64,000 nt of DNA from Microbotryum violaceum (lineage: Eukaryota): contig CDLV01000007.1 in NCBI GenBank assembly GCA_001244265.2, positions 992,001 to 1,056,000 on the forward strand. The letters are read 5' to 3'. How positions within the stretch are numbered: the first letter of the stretch is position 1; each line of letters begins with the position of its first letter. Of this stretch, positions 13,165-24,854 are shown one piece after another. The position numbers and the translations under genes were made by a program. The notes under the pieces are model-generated. The model was not told the origin of the DNA, did no database searches, and saw only the letters and a list, made by a program, of their open reading frames with translations.

Positions 13165-16100
13165 ATGGACTTGGGCAGCCTTCTCAACTCGTCACCTGAG
13201 TCATTGATCAGCGCCGCCAGCTTCTTCGACAACAGCGAGGACCTCAACCACGACGACGCACGCGCGAGTCGTCGTAACATCGCCAACGTCAAGGGATCTG
13301 CGTCAACGCTCGTCGCCGATCGACGCCCGGCGGCGCCTGCGGACCGGGACCATGACATGTACGAACACAACCGAGAACATCAGGTGCATCCGACCGCCAG
13401 AACACAGCCCACTGCGGCTCTGATCCCTTCGTTCCTGCTGAGAGAGCGCGAACGAGCATTAACAGCATCATCGTCGCTGTCGTCGTCGTCTGCTGCCGCT
13501 GGCTCAGCCTCCGCCCACGCCAACGGCGGCCCAGCGGCGGCTCCGCCAAATCGACCGTCGGCCTCGATGTGGCCGACATCCCCTTCCAGGCAAGTCATCA
13601 CACCTGCTGCTACTTCTGCTAGACTCTTGAGGGCTCTTTCAAGTCGGGCCCTGCTCCTCTCTCCCCTGTCTACGCGCGCGACGACATCCGAAGTCGCGGA
13701 TGATCTCCTGACGCATTTCAAGGAGAATTCTTGGACGTGCGCGCATCCGGTCGCGGCCCGTTCTCAGGGGCGCGTGCCTTGCGGCCTCTGGACTCAAACG
13801 AACCCCCGGGGGCAAGGCATGCATGTTAAAAAGCGATTCTGGAGCTAATTTGGCTGCCGCTGCGTGTCCCTTACCTGCTTTTAAAAATCAATCTTTTACA
13901 GATATGACCAGTCTGGGTCATCCCTGGTCGGCTTAGGCCATCATGGTCACTCTACGGACGTTGCAGCAGCTCCTCTGGCTGCGGCTGGACCAATGCCGCC
14001 GTCCGCCCTTGGCCCGATCGCCCCGCCGCCGCCGCTCCTCCCCGAAGAGCTGCTCCGGACGACGATCTTGTGGAGAGCGTTCGCCGGCTCACTCGACTCG
14101 ATCAAAGCCGAGTCAGGATCTGGTGAGTGCTGCCTCGCTGCCTTAACCACTCGAAGCCAAGCATCGGCCTTGGTACACGTCTCTGTTTCTGCTGCGTGGG
14201 ATGGCACGTCATCGTGTCGAAAATGGCCTTTCCGACTTCGATCACGGGGCTACTCGTGCCCGGACGATCATTTCATCTCGCGCGCGCGCGGCACCGCGTG
14301 AGCGAGTGAAACACGACTGTTCACTTTGGCTTCTGGCGCACAACTCTCTTGTCGCTCGCCGCTCGGTCTTCCTTCGTGTCGCGAGCCTTTTTGCCCTCGT
14401 TTGCCGTAGTTCGGGCCGCCTGAGTCTCCCAACCAAACAAATAAAAGCCCTCCTTCTCAAGCGCATTACTGCGCAGCTATTTAAATAATCTGCTCACCTT
14501 CTTGATTATCGTTATGCTCCAGATGAATCGTTGGAGCGATACTCGGCGCAACACGTCTCTTGGGTTTTCAATTCGCGCGAGCAGAATTATCGCAACCAAC
14601 TCTGGGCCGACTGGACCATTTATCAGACCTTGTGGGAGAAGCTCGGCGTCAGGGCTTTCCCCATATCGGAACGAAAGGTACGTGCTCTTCTACTTAAAAC
14701 TTCAACACCATGATGTAAAATCAACGCTAACGCATGCGTTCCATTATGTGCTTTCAGGTCACTCTGTTGGTCTCGCAGTTCGTCGACCTGCCTTGCTCGG
14801 CTTCGCTCCGCCACGCCTATGGTAGCGTCACGACGGCTCAAAACGTCAATCTGCATCGTGCCGAGTCCATGCTCAACACCCTCAAGCTCGCTGGCCAGGC
14901 AACACTGCACCTTTGGCCCCGGGTTCGGTCCTTTCATGAAGCCGACTCTGACCGGTTCGAGACGCTGCGCGAAGTGTGGCAGAGGATCCCGTGGTTCAAG
15001 TGCGTAGACAGTACTCGATCAGCAGGTAGAAGAACTTACCCCAAGCTGATATCGTCTTTTTCTGCGTGCTCCCCATCGGTTAGGACGCCGAAGAAGACTC
15101 GGTTCCCCAAGACCGTGAGCGTCAAGCGCGAGCGAAGCACCTCCTATGATTCGCACCTGTCTGCCGATGAAGCGAGGACTGGACGTACGGACCAGCATGC
15201 GATCTCTTTCGAGGAAGGTGAGACGACACGGCGCCTGACACGTGATGAACACAGAGCTCAGTCGCTAATTTTGAGTTCCGCGATCACCTCGATCTCAGAT
15301 GGCATGTTCGAACTCATCCCCTTCCCGCGCCTTCTCGTTGATCTCCCGATGGTCACTCAAGATCTGCGCATCCTGCGACCTGGTGAGTACCTGCCTGCAT
15401 CGAACGCCTACCGGTTCATGTGCTGATCTGATTCACTTCGCCCCCCGACTTACAAGATCCGGCACTGAATCATTTGGGCCATGGGCGTCTTCAGACCGCG
15501 CTTGCTCACGAGGACTCGGCTCAAATCGATACCCGCTACTCGATACGTCGAATTTGGATGTTTTACGCCGATCTAAGCGCACGATTCCCCATGCCCGAAT
15601 TCCCAATTACTCCGATCAAGCTCGCACTGTTCGCGTTCGCATATACACCTGGGCCGATCCGCGCCACCTTTGACCAAACCTCGCACTATGAGCACGTTCG
15701 ACAATTCCCGGCCTTTGAAGACTCGCATTCGTTCATCAAGGCTCTCGAGACGCTCGAGGCGACACAACGCTTGACACGTGACCTGAGCGAGGTTCACGCT
15801 TATGAGAACGCTCAGTGGCTCACGTGGAAGAACGCCTTCATCAATGACATGCTAACGTGGGTGATCATTGTTAAAGCAGTACCAAAAATGGTGTACTGAC
15901 ATCAGACGTCCGTACTCTCTCCGCTCATTCTTAGTGTCACCGCCAAGTCGCCCCGGTCGACCAATTCTCCGAGCGGCGGTTCCATGGACGGTGTGTCCTC
16001 GTCCAACTCTTCCAACGCCGATACCAGCAAATCGAACTCGGATACCAGCAAATCGAACTCGCTCTCGTCAAAGTCTTCGGCGCCATCCTCATTCTCGTCG

Positions 16101-16580
16101 ACGGGTCATAGGAACGGGAAGGTGGGACGACCTCGTTTGCCGTCCGCAGCCCCTCTACTGAACAACAAACCAGCGGCGAGCCGATCACACCAAGTTCCGA
16201 TGAAGCGGGGCCGCTCATTCTCAGACCACTCTGACACCTGGAGTGAACACTCTGATGCACCGCTCACGTCAGCTGGAACAGGCTCGGCGAATGCAAATGG
16301 GGCAATCGCGGGCTCCCATCGTCGACCAGGACGACCCCGTAAGCAACGCACCCGAACGATCACGCCCCCTCCACAACCTTGGAAGCCAGAAAAGCTGGGC
16401 GAACTCCCAGAGGATCGTCGACCTCCCCCCTTACCACCCGTCTTCCCCCACCCTTTTGCGACCCTGTATGCTGGCGACGAAGCCGACGCTTTACAAGGCC
16501 GCAGCGTTGCTTTGCACCGGCCCAAGCGCATCGTTGGCCTCAAGATGATACCCCTCGCGAACCTCGCTATCCTCGCTTAG
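13165..16580 (+). CDS. Multi-exon protein with two tandem tyrosine-recombinase N-terminal (core-binding/SAM-like)-type units and AT-hook motifs
   Basis: Spliced translation gives YRNQLWADWTIYQTLWEKLGVRAFPISERK|VTLLVSQF..ESMLNTLKLAGQAT and TRYSIRRIWMFYADLSARFPMPEFPITPIKLALFAF..HSFIKALETLEAT. The C-terminal exon has KVGRPR and RRPGRPRK. The domain call is by-eye pattern similarity. Confidence 0.6.
16020..16061 (+). repeat. Perfect 2 x 21-bp tandem duplication inside a coding exon (DTSKSNS x2)
   Basis: GATACCAGCAAATCGAACTCG occurs at 16020-16040 and 16041-16061. Confidence 0.95.
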
Positions 16581-16877
16581 CATGAAACACGGACTCGGAA
16601 CTCAACTGCGCGTAGTACTCCCCTTCTTGTTTCTGTGACCACACCATACTTCTATGTGGGATGGACCGAATCTTGCATTGCCCTCGGGGATCTTCTTGCT
16701 GCTTATCATGGACCCCGTGTCGTCACTGTTTCTATTTCGTCCGTTGTCTCTGCTCATGCACTTTGGCAAATATCTTTAGTCTGAACTGCAACGATGCATC
16801 TTCCTTTCTTCTTCGTGTGAGGAGCCCTCGTGAAGGATCCGATAAATAAAGAACTCTAGCAGTGCTGAACCCAATTC

Positions 16878-19705
16878 TCAAGCCCCTCCCAAACTCGCCC
16901 GCCGCTTGGCCTCCCTCAACACCTTGACGCGTTCAACAATCACCTCCTCCTTCCTCGCGAAACTGCTCTTCCTTTTCAACGAATCTACTTCAGCTATTCC
17001 CTGACTTTTGAAGATTACCGGAGCTGATTTGATCTTGTGGTCATCGATGGAGTTGCTTGGCCCGAGAGGCCGTCTCTTGGGAGGCGATGAGGGTAGTAGT
17101 TTCGAATGGGGCGATATTGGAGTCGATGCCGAAGAGGAGAAAGAGGAAAACAATTGAGGATCAAGTACAGCTGAAGGTGGCGGTGGGAGAGAAGAGGACA
17201 GAGGACCGAATTGAGCCGAGGATGACACGCCCTCGGGCTGTTCCCCTTTGGTCGACAATGACGGGAAGATCGGCTCCAGAGTAGCGGGAACAAGGATCGT
17301 TCCTGTCGACGAAGACGGCTCGTCTTGACTGTCCTCGATTATGATCGTCTCAACTTCTTTGAGCTTCTCGTGTTTCACCTCGGCTTGAGAAATGGCCTTT
17401 CGAGACGTCGATAGAGCACTTTTAACCTCCTCGTCCTTGACCTGCGCGGCCGCTCGTCGTTCATCGGGATCCGACTGATCTGAACTCGACGCTGTCGAAG
17501 CAGGTCCATCGACTCCCGCCCATTGTTCGACCTGTCGCACTAACTCTTCCCCACCCTCAATATTAGATCTCACGCCTTGCATCTTTTCCGAATTGATGAA
17601 GTAGTCCTCGTCCAGATCCGTGATGGGCCCGGACCCGACTGCAACAGCGATGCCTTGGACCCCTCTTTCAAGTAGAGTTTGTGTCCGCTGAACAAGCTGA
17701 ATGCGATGACCCGCTCGGATCTGAGTTTCGACGAAATGACGAGAGTACGTCTCGGCGTCGCGAAGAATACGTTCGAAGCCTTGAGAGGGGGAGACGAAGG
17801 AAGCGAAGTAGTGCGCGGCGAGTCGGTAGGTATAGCCTGGGTCGTTGCGCGGGTCGTCCATGACGAGAGGGTAAAGGGACAGAGGTCGGAACAGGCGTAC
17901 AAACTTTTGCAACTCGGGTAGTGTCGAGTGGCGTGACAAGGAGACAAACTGTGTGAGAGGTGGTGTCGATCGGGGTCAGCGACGGCAAGGTAGAAGACGT
18001 TTCGAACTTGATCGACGAACCAGGTTGGTGGGCCAGTTCTCTTCTTTCCCCTTCGAAGGATTGACCTCTGCATTCTCCTTCGCCTCCATCCTTTTCAACA
18101 GAGCCTCGGTATTCTCAACGTACTTTTTCCATGTGTTGATGTCTTGCCCCTCCGTTGGATTGACGTACACGACCCTAGCCTTCCCCCGATCCACACCAGG
18201 CTGTTTCAACCTCTTCGGTCCTTCCAGGCAAGGCAGATATTCAGGCAGCCATTCGTAACACCCTTGACCTTGGTCCCATACTTGGTCGCACTTCCACCTC
18301 CTTTCGCATGCGTGAAATCGCAGCGGTCGAGTCGAAGTCGTGCCTAATTGAGAGAGCTGCGGGTCGGTCGCCGATATAGCGCGATAAATGGTCGCTTTGT
18401 AGGGGTCGAGATGGATCTATTGCAAGGTAATAAAGGGTCAGTGGCGGAAACCTATGAACGATCACAAGCCACGAGATTCACCTTTTCATCGAAAGCGCGG
18501 GACAAGCCTTTGAGCAACTCCTATCGCAGCCAAACCACGCACAAGAACCGATCAATGTCCGATCGTCACAAAAAGAGGGAGTCTTCGCTCAGGAGCATTC
18601 ACCTCATAGCCCCACGTCCAAGCATTGATGAAAAAGCTCGTATCCTCAGGATAGTACCGAATCAAGCGCACGAGATCCCTAATCGCCTCTTCCTTGGAAG
18701 CGACGGTTCGATGCCAACTCATCGTCGACGTATCAAGGTAGGTCCTCTTCAACAGCCTCCTCGAACTCCCCGACGCTAAGGCAAGCCGTGTACTATTGAG
18801 GTCGTCGTCAATCGAAGTTGAATAGGGCAAGTCGGACCATGCTAGGTAAGGGGATAAGTAGCGGTTGCGAGCGAGGGATTCGATCCACCAGTTTTCGGCT
18901 CGGATATCACCAGTAATGAGCACTGAAACGCCGTCGGTGCCTTCAATGAGAAACCTGCATGAGGAGAACCGAGAGAGTCAGAAGCCGGATTTGCAAAGAT
19001 GGTATGCTCACAGCCTTGGACTGACATGGCGCTTCCGGGACAATGGTTCGCATCGATTGCGGTGACCGTGACGGATTCCCCTGCTGGTCCCGAGATGGTC
19101 AGGGGAACGTTGTATTCGATGAATTTCTACAATCCATACAAAGTAAGCGTGATAATCTTATGACCCAGACTACAGGCCAAGTCAAGTCACACACTCACGA
19201 ACAATGTATCGATCCTCATCTTGCCCGTGTTCCTCTGCAATGGTTTTCTCAGATCGGCGTACTTGTACCGTTTCGAGATCTGCTTGATCTCTTCGGACCT
19301 GACTCGGTCCCCGACTTCCATCGTGTGGCGGAGGATCTCCTTGGTAGCTGAGGTGCAGTAGACGGTACTTCCGAAATCAGGTGAATTGAGACCTGGGTTC
19401 TCACACCGGGGGGGGGGGGGAAAATAACATGAGCATTTGCTGTGTAAATCTGCACTGAATCCGTGGCTCACTCACCGGTGGTATGATCGGTATGAGCATG
19501 GGTCAATAAATGAACGTAGGCTTTTTCCTGGTTGTAAGGGTTGTGAACCTCCGCGAGGCCATCGAACGCGTCGACCCTGATCCAAGGAAATTCCTCAACT
19601 GTGCGCAAGAGGCGAGTTCAGAGCCAGAGCCGTTAGACAAGTAAGTGCTTTTCGAAGATGACTACGTCGTGGGCTGAACGCACGATAGCCATGATGTGTC
19701 GACAT
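16878..19705 (-). CDS. Artemis/SNM1-family metallo-beta-lactamase/beta-CASP DNA repair nuclease, multi-exon
   Basis: ATG 19705 gives MSTHHGY|LEEFPWIRVDAF. Motifs present: HLLTHAHTDH, VYCTSATKEIL, IDANHCPGSA, LITGDIRAE, TYLDTS, FFINAWTWGYE, SRHSTLPELQKFVRLFRP. Confidence 0.9.
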
Positions 19706-20508
19706 GAGCGGGCCAGGGGTGGTTGCCCAAGGTGGCGTTGAATGGGCCGAGAGGGTTTGGTTCGCAACGCGATGTCAAACGCCGTCCAGCTGCAGACGGG
19801 GAGTTCAGGCCCGACGTCGAGGATGGTGAAAGGCCCACTTGAGGACACAGCAGCGTGAAAGGTCGAGTTGGAGCAGCAGAAAAGTGAGATAAACTGTCGA
19901 ACGTCTTTTGTGTATCAAATCAACGCCGCGAGTGGGGGGTTCAAATCCGGTATTGACGCGCCGCAGTCACGTGTTGACGAAGGGCGGATCAGGACCAGAG
20001 AGGAGAAAGAGAATAACAGCACCAGGCAATCGTCTAGGGAATCGTACACGACGGGGTGGTTAACGTCTGTTGACGTGGCGCGGTGAAGTAGGCGGAAAGT
20101 GGGGGAAACAGACTATAAAAGTGAAGAGGAGGCACTTCGATTGACGTGCGACTGCCGTTGGCGTCGCGGTCGGTCGCGGTAGCCTGGTCGCGGCCCGTGC
20201 GAGGAATAGCCCGTCTGCGCAGCGAAGAGGGCAGCCGATTATCCGCCTGGATTGAAACTGCAGTGGCAGGAGATCAGGGTTCACTCAGACGTTTACGAAG
20301 GTTTACGACGGTCTTTCGGGAGAAAGCAGGTGCAAAATTAATGAAGAACGTACTATTAAGTGATTGGCGTCCACCGTTTGAGTTCGAAGTGGAATTCGAA
20401 AGTTGGAGCTGGTCCGTGCGAGAGGCGCATCTCATTCACAAGCTCGAGGACGACCGCCGAGACGGCTTCCCTTCCCGTTCCCTGTATGTCCTCCTCTCCC
20501 CACCCACA

Positions 20509-22103
20509 ATGCCGCCCCGTATTCGGTCACTCACTCCCGAGTCAGACGATGACGATGACGTGTCCATGATGACCTCATCGTCACCACAACGCAAGCCGAC
20601 AACGCCCGCTGCCGCCCCCCCGACACGTCCTCCCGTCGCTTCGACTGTGCCTGCGACTTCAGCTGCGACGGCTGGCACAACACTACCTCAGACCCGTGAC
20701 GATGATGATGATGACCTATCATCTTTACAGTCGTCTGAGGAGGAAGAGGAAGAGGAAGAGGAAGATGATGTGGAGGACGATGAAGACAAGCAAGTCTCCC
20801 GCGCCACTTCACGGAGTCGCAAGACGGTCCCGCAATACAAGGACGATGACGAGGCCAGCACCTCCTCCGAGGAAGAAGACCAACTCGACGACGACGACGA
20901 CGACGACGATGGCCAGGATGGAGCGGCTTACTCTGACGATGATGAAGAGGACGAGCTCTTTGACGAGGAGGAAGAGGAGTTCGCGAGGGCTAGGAATGCT
21001 ACGGGTGGATCTCGTTCGAGAGCATCATCGGCGATCAAGTCCAGTCCTGCCAAAGCTACAGGAGCGGGGATGAAGATCAAATTCAAGCTCGGGGGAGGTG
21101 CAGGGGCGAGCGCGAGTGCGAGCCCAAGTGGGGGCAGGACGACCTTCTCGTCCGGTGGAGGCGGCAAGGCGAAGAAGGGTGGCAGTAGCTCCAAGAGTAG
21201 CAAATCGAAGGGGAAAAAACGCGCTCGTACGTTGTGGAACGGTGCCCTACTGCTCGAGACGTGACGATTGACTTCATGAGCTCCGCGGCCACAGACGACG
21301 ACATCTCCGACATCTCCGACGATGATGCAGGCGACCCTTCCTTCTCTGATGGGTCGTCCGTCAACTCGGGAAGCCGACTTACGGCTCGTCAAAGGGCGAA
21401 AGAAATGGGTGGAGAATATGGGATGGAATTGGAGTCTTTGTCGAATGGTGAGTGAGCATCTGGTCTGGCCAGTGGGATCCCCGTGGGATTGATTCCTCGC
21501 GTGATGCTGATGCACGATCCTGTCTCGCGCTATCACGGCCAGACATCATACCAAGGAACAAGGTCAAGCTCACGGATGCCGAGGCTGCACTTCGACGATC
21601 CGAGAACCTTAGGAAGCGCCGATCTCAAGCTTACAAGAAGCTTGATGACGAGGTGAGCTAGCGCTGCCTCACGCTGCCATTCGATCGTTTGTCGATGAGT
21701 GCTCATGGTCGCTTCGTGTTCCGCTCCGTCCAAACGCTAGAAAACGGAAACAATCAATCGACTGCTCAAGAAACAAGTTGGTCGTCAAAACAACCGGGGC
21801 GGCAAAGCTTCGGCCAAGAACGCCGGTCAGCCCAACAACCTCTCCCATGCGGACGCTGTAGGTCCACGCACGCCCGGAGCGACGCTGGAAGCCGCAAGAC
21901 CGCCGACGGGGTTGCGATGGGTTAGTTCGATCAAGACTGGCGAGTTCAAGAATGTCTTGATGCTGCCTGTGGAGATCGTCGAGGGGTTTGAAGGGGAGCC
22001 CAAGGTGTTCAAGGGATACCCTGGGCCGAGGCCTCCACCTCAGTCGAGGGACTTGAGGCAGTTGGACAAGACGGCTCCTGCGTCGGTACAACCAGTGGCT
22101 TGA
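20509..22103 (+). CDS. IES2: INO80 complex subunit Ies2/INO80B (PAPA-1 domain)
   Basis: Acidic N-terminus, then LTARQR..LTDAEAALRRSENLRKRRSQAYKKLDDE|KTETINRLLKKQ..LRWVSS. ATG 20509, two introns. Confidence 0.85.
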
Positions 22104-22334
22104 TGGTCTTTGTTTTGCATAGGAGCCCTTGTGGTAGCTAAAAGTATGTTGTAACGCACGGTGTATGTGCATGTCTGGTACAGAGCCATCGCCGATCGCC
22201 GACCGAAACTGCCCAGGCCGAGAAAGGTCACGTGCCGTGGGCCGAGAGAGCCGTCGGCACGCGCCGGAACTTCGGCAAGGTGCCGGGTGTGATGCGGACC
22301 TGTGCGGATCTGAAGCGGCCGCCGGCTCGGACGT

Positions 22335-22380
22335 CTCTCCGTCTCTCCGTCTCTCCGTCTCTCCGTCTATCCCTCCGTCT
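22335..22380 (+). repeat. 8-bp tandem repeat (CTCTCCGT)n upstream of the BCKDH-beta ATG
   Basis: About 4 perfect copies plus a degenerate copy, read directly. Confidence 0.9.
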
Positions 22381-22426
22381 CTTGCTTCCTCCACAAGCAC
22401 CCCACTCTTCCGTGAAGAGGTCAAGG

Positions 22427-24644
22427 ATGATCGCATCCACCTCCTCCCGAACATTCACGCGATCGCTCCTGGGCTGCTCGTCATGCGCGTCACCGCGCCG
22501 GACCTTGCTCCCCCCGCTGCCCCACTTGGCGATCTCGTCCACGCGATTGGCAATTGGCGGCCCTCACCAGTCCCGCTCATCGTCTTCGTCCGGACCAGCA
22601 GGGATGCCAACCGTAGCAACTTCTTCTCTCCTCTCCACGACTCGGGAAGCTGCCCTTCATACCCACGGACTGAGGTGGAGGGATGACGAGTCGATTCATC
22701 CGCCTACGAAAGATCCCGACGGCAACATCGTCCCTGGGTCCGTACCAACTTTTGTTGAACCCTCGGCCGAGGATCTTATCAGCGTTGATCAGGGTGGGAG
22801 GGAGACGAAGAAGATGAAGTCAGTATGGAGTTCATCGTCGATCACCGGCATCTAATGCTCATCACTTGCTCTTGATTCGTTCGTGTGGGGCTCTTTCCCT
22901 CGCCTCCGTTCCGAAACAGTCTCTACCAAGCCGTCCGAGATGCCATGGCGTGAGTTCAAGCTTCTTCTAGGTTCAACAGAGACATGCTTATCTTGAACCA
23001 CAATATATGTAGTATCACACTAAGCAAGGACTCTTCATCGGTCGTGTTCGGAGAAGACGTGAGTGTCGCTTCAAACCTTTCGGCATGCCGTGACTTGACT
23101 GACGAGTCTGCGCTTCGTAATCACAGGTCAACTTTGGTGGTGTATTCCGGTATGAGAAAGACTTTGCTCCATATCAATGCTGCGCGCATGCCTAAACCCT
23201 TTCTCTACACCGCAGATGTACCATGGGTCTAGCCGATGAATTTGGCAAGTTGCACAGACTTTTCAACCCCTCGCCGTGCGTCATCACAGACCGCTCATAC
23301 GTGCTTTACGTGCTCCTCCAGGCTCAGAGCGCGTATTCAACACCCCTCTGACCGAACAAGGAATCGCCGGATTCGGGATCGGTCTCGCCACAATGGGCAA
23401 GACCGCCGTGGCCGAGATCCAGTTCGCAGATTACATCTTTCCTGCATTCGATCAGATCGTCAATGAGGCGGCCAAATATCGCTTCCGGTCTGGGGATCAG
23501 TACAATGTTGGGTCGTTGACATTTAGGTCTCGTGAGCCATTATCTTCGAGGGATGCCTGTGGAGACGATGGCGCTGACTATTATTTTGCGCGCCTCGGGT
23601 ATCCCTCAGCTTGCATGGCGGTTGGACACGGTGGTCTGTACCACTCTCAGAGCCCGGAAGCTTACTTCTTACAGGCGGCAGGATTGAAGGTGCGCTCTAT
23701 CCATACTTCGACTCGACAGCTCATCAAACTTATGAAAGTGCCCATGTCTCACACCATAGGTTGTCATCCCTCGATCTCCGATCCAAGCAAAAGGTCTCCT
23801 CTTGTGTGAGTGCCTAGCCTCCGTCCTGCCACACGGCTAGCGCTGATTAGTCCAGCATACCTCACAGCCGCAATCCGTGATCCGAACCCCGTCGTGAGCA
23901 TCTCCCGTACTCGCTCCCGCCTTCAACTTCACCCACTCATCCTAGACTCTCCTCCGCCCTCCACTCATGCCCGACTAGATCTTCTTCGAACCCAAAATCC
24001 TCTACCGCTCGTGCGTCGAGCAAGTCCCCGTCTCCGACTACCAACTCCCCCTCTCCTCAGCCGAAATACTCCAGGAAGGTTCGGACCTCACAATTATTTC
24101 CTACGGTCCCCCATTGTACACGATCGAGGGCGCGCTGCATCTGTTGGCGAACCCGAGTGAGGATATCCAGAGCCTCGTGCCGAGGGATTTGAGAGGGCTC
24201 AAGGTCGAATTGATCGATTTGAGGACGATCATGCCTTATGATGTAAGTGTGGGGTTTCCTTCATGAGCTGAATCATATGAACGAAGGCTCAAAGTCCTTT
24301 TGATGGTCATAGATCGAAACCGTAGTCAATTCCGTCAACAAGACTGGGCGATGCATCGTCGTTCATGAAGCGGGCAAGATGGGTGGGGTGGGCTCCGAAT
24401 TGGCAGCGGAGATTCAGCAGAGGTGTTTCTTGAAATTGGAAGCTCCTGTTCAACGTGTGACGGGGTGGGATACGCCTTTCGGTATGATTTACGAGAAAAT
24501 GTATTTACCGGATCAGGTTAGGGTCGTAAGTCATGTTTCACGTTCGGAAGGGTGAAATTGACTTGAAAGAGGGGTTGAGCTGACTCGGGGGGTAATTTGT
24601 TCCTTCTACAGCTCGATTCGATCATAGAGACTATGCGGTATTAG
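22427..24644 (+). CDS. BCKDHB: Branched-chain 2-oxoacid dehydrogenase E1 beta subunit, many small exons
   Basis: Presequence-like N-terminus, then [119 protein letters not shown]. Stop at 24642-24644. Confidence 0.95.
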
Positions 24645-24854
24645 GAGAGGGTTGCTTGATACCATTTCCTTCGTCTAATCTTCTCTCGTTTTGTGTTCCG
24701 ACTGTATGATGTGACATTCCAACTTATTCTTTGATACTAGTACAAAGCCCGAGACTCCGAAGTGTGAGAACTCGATGGCGAAAGAACGAAAAGAAAAGAA
24801 AAATAACTATATACAACAAACGTCCAAATCCGATGTGAGCATATTCACAGGCGT

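Noticed and set aside
20146-20508. N-terminal extension of the IES2 ORF
   Set aside because: Non-ATG start and promoter/UTR-like sequence. ATG 20509 after a pyrimidine tract is the more plausible start.
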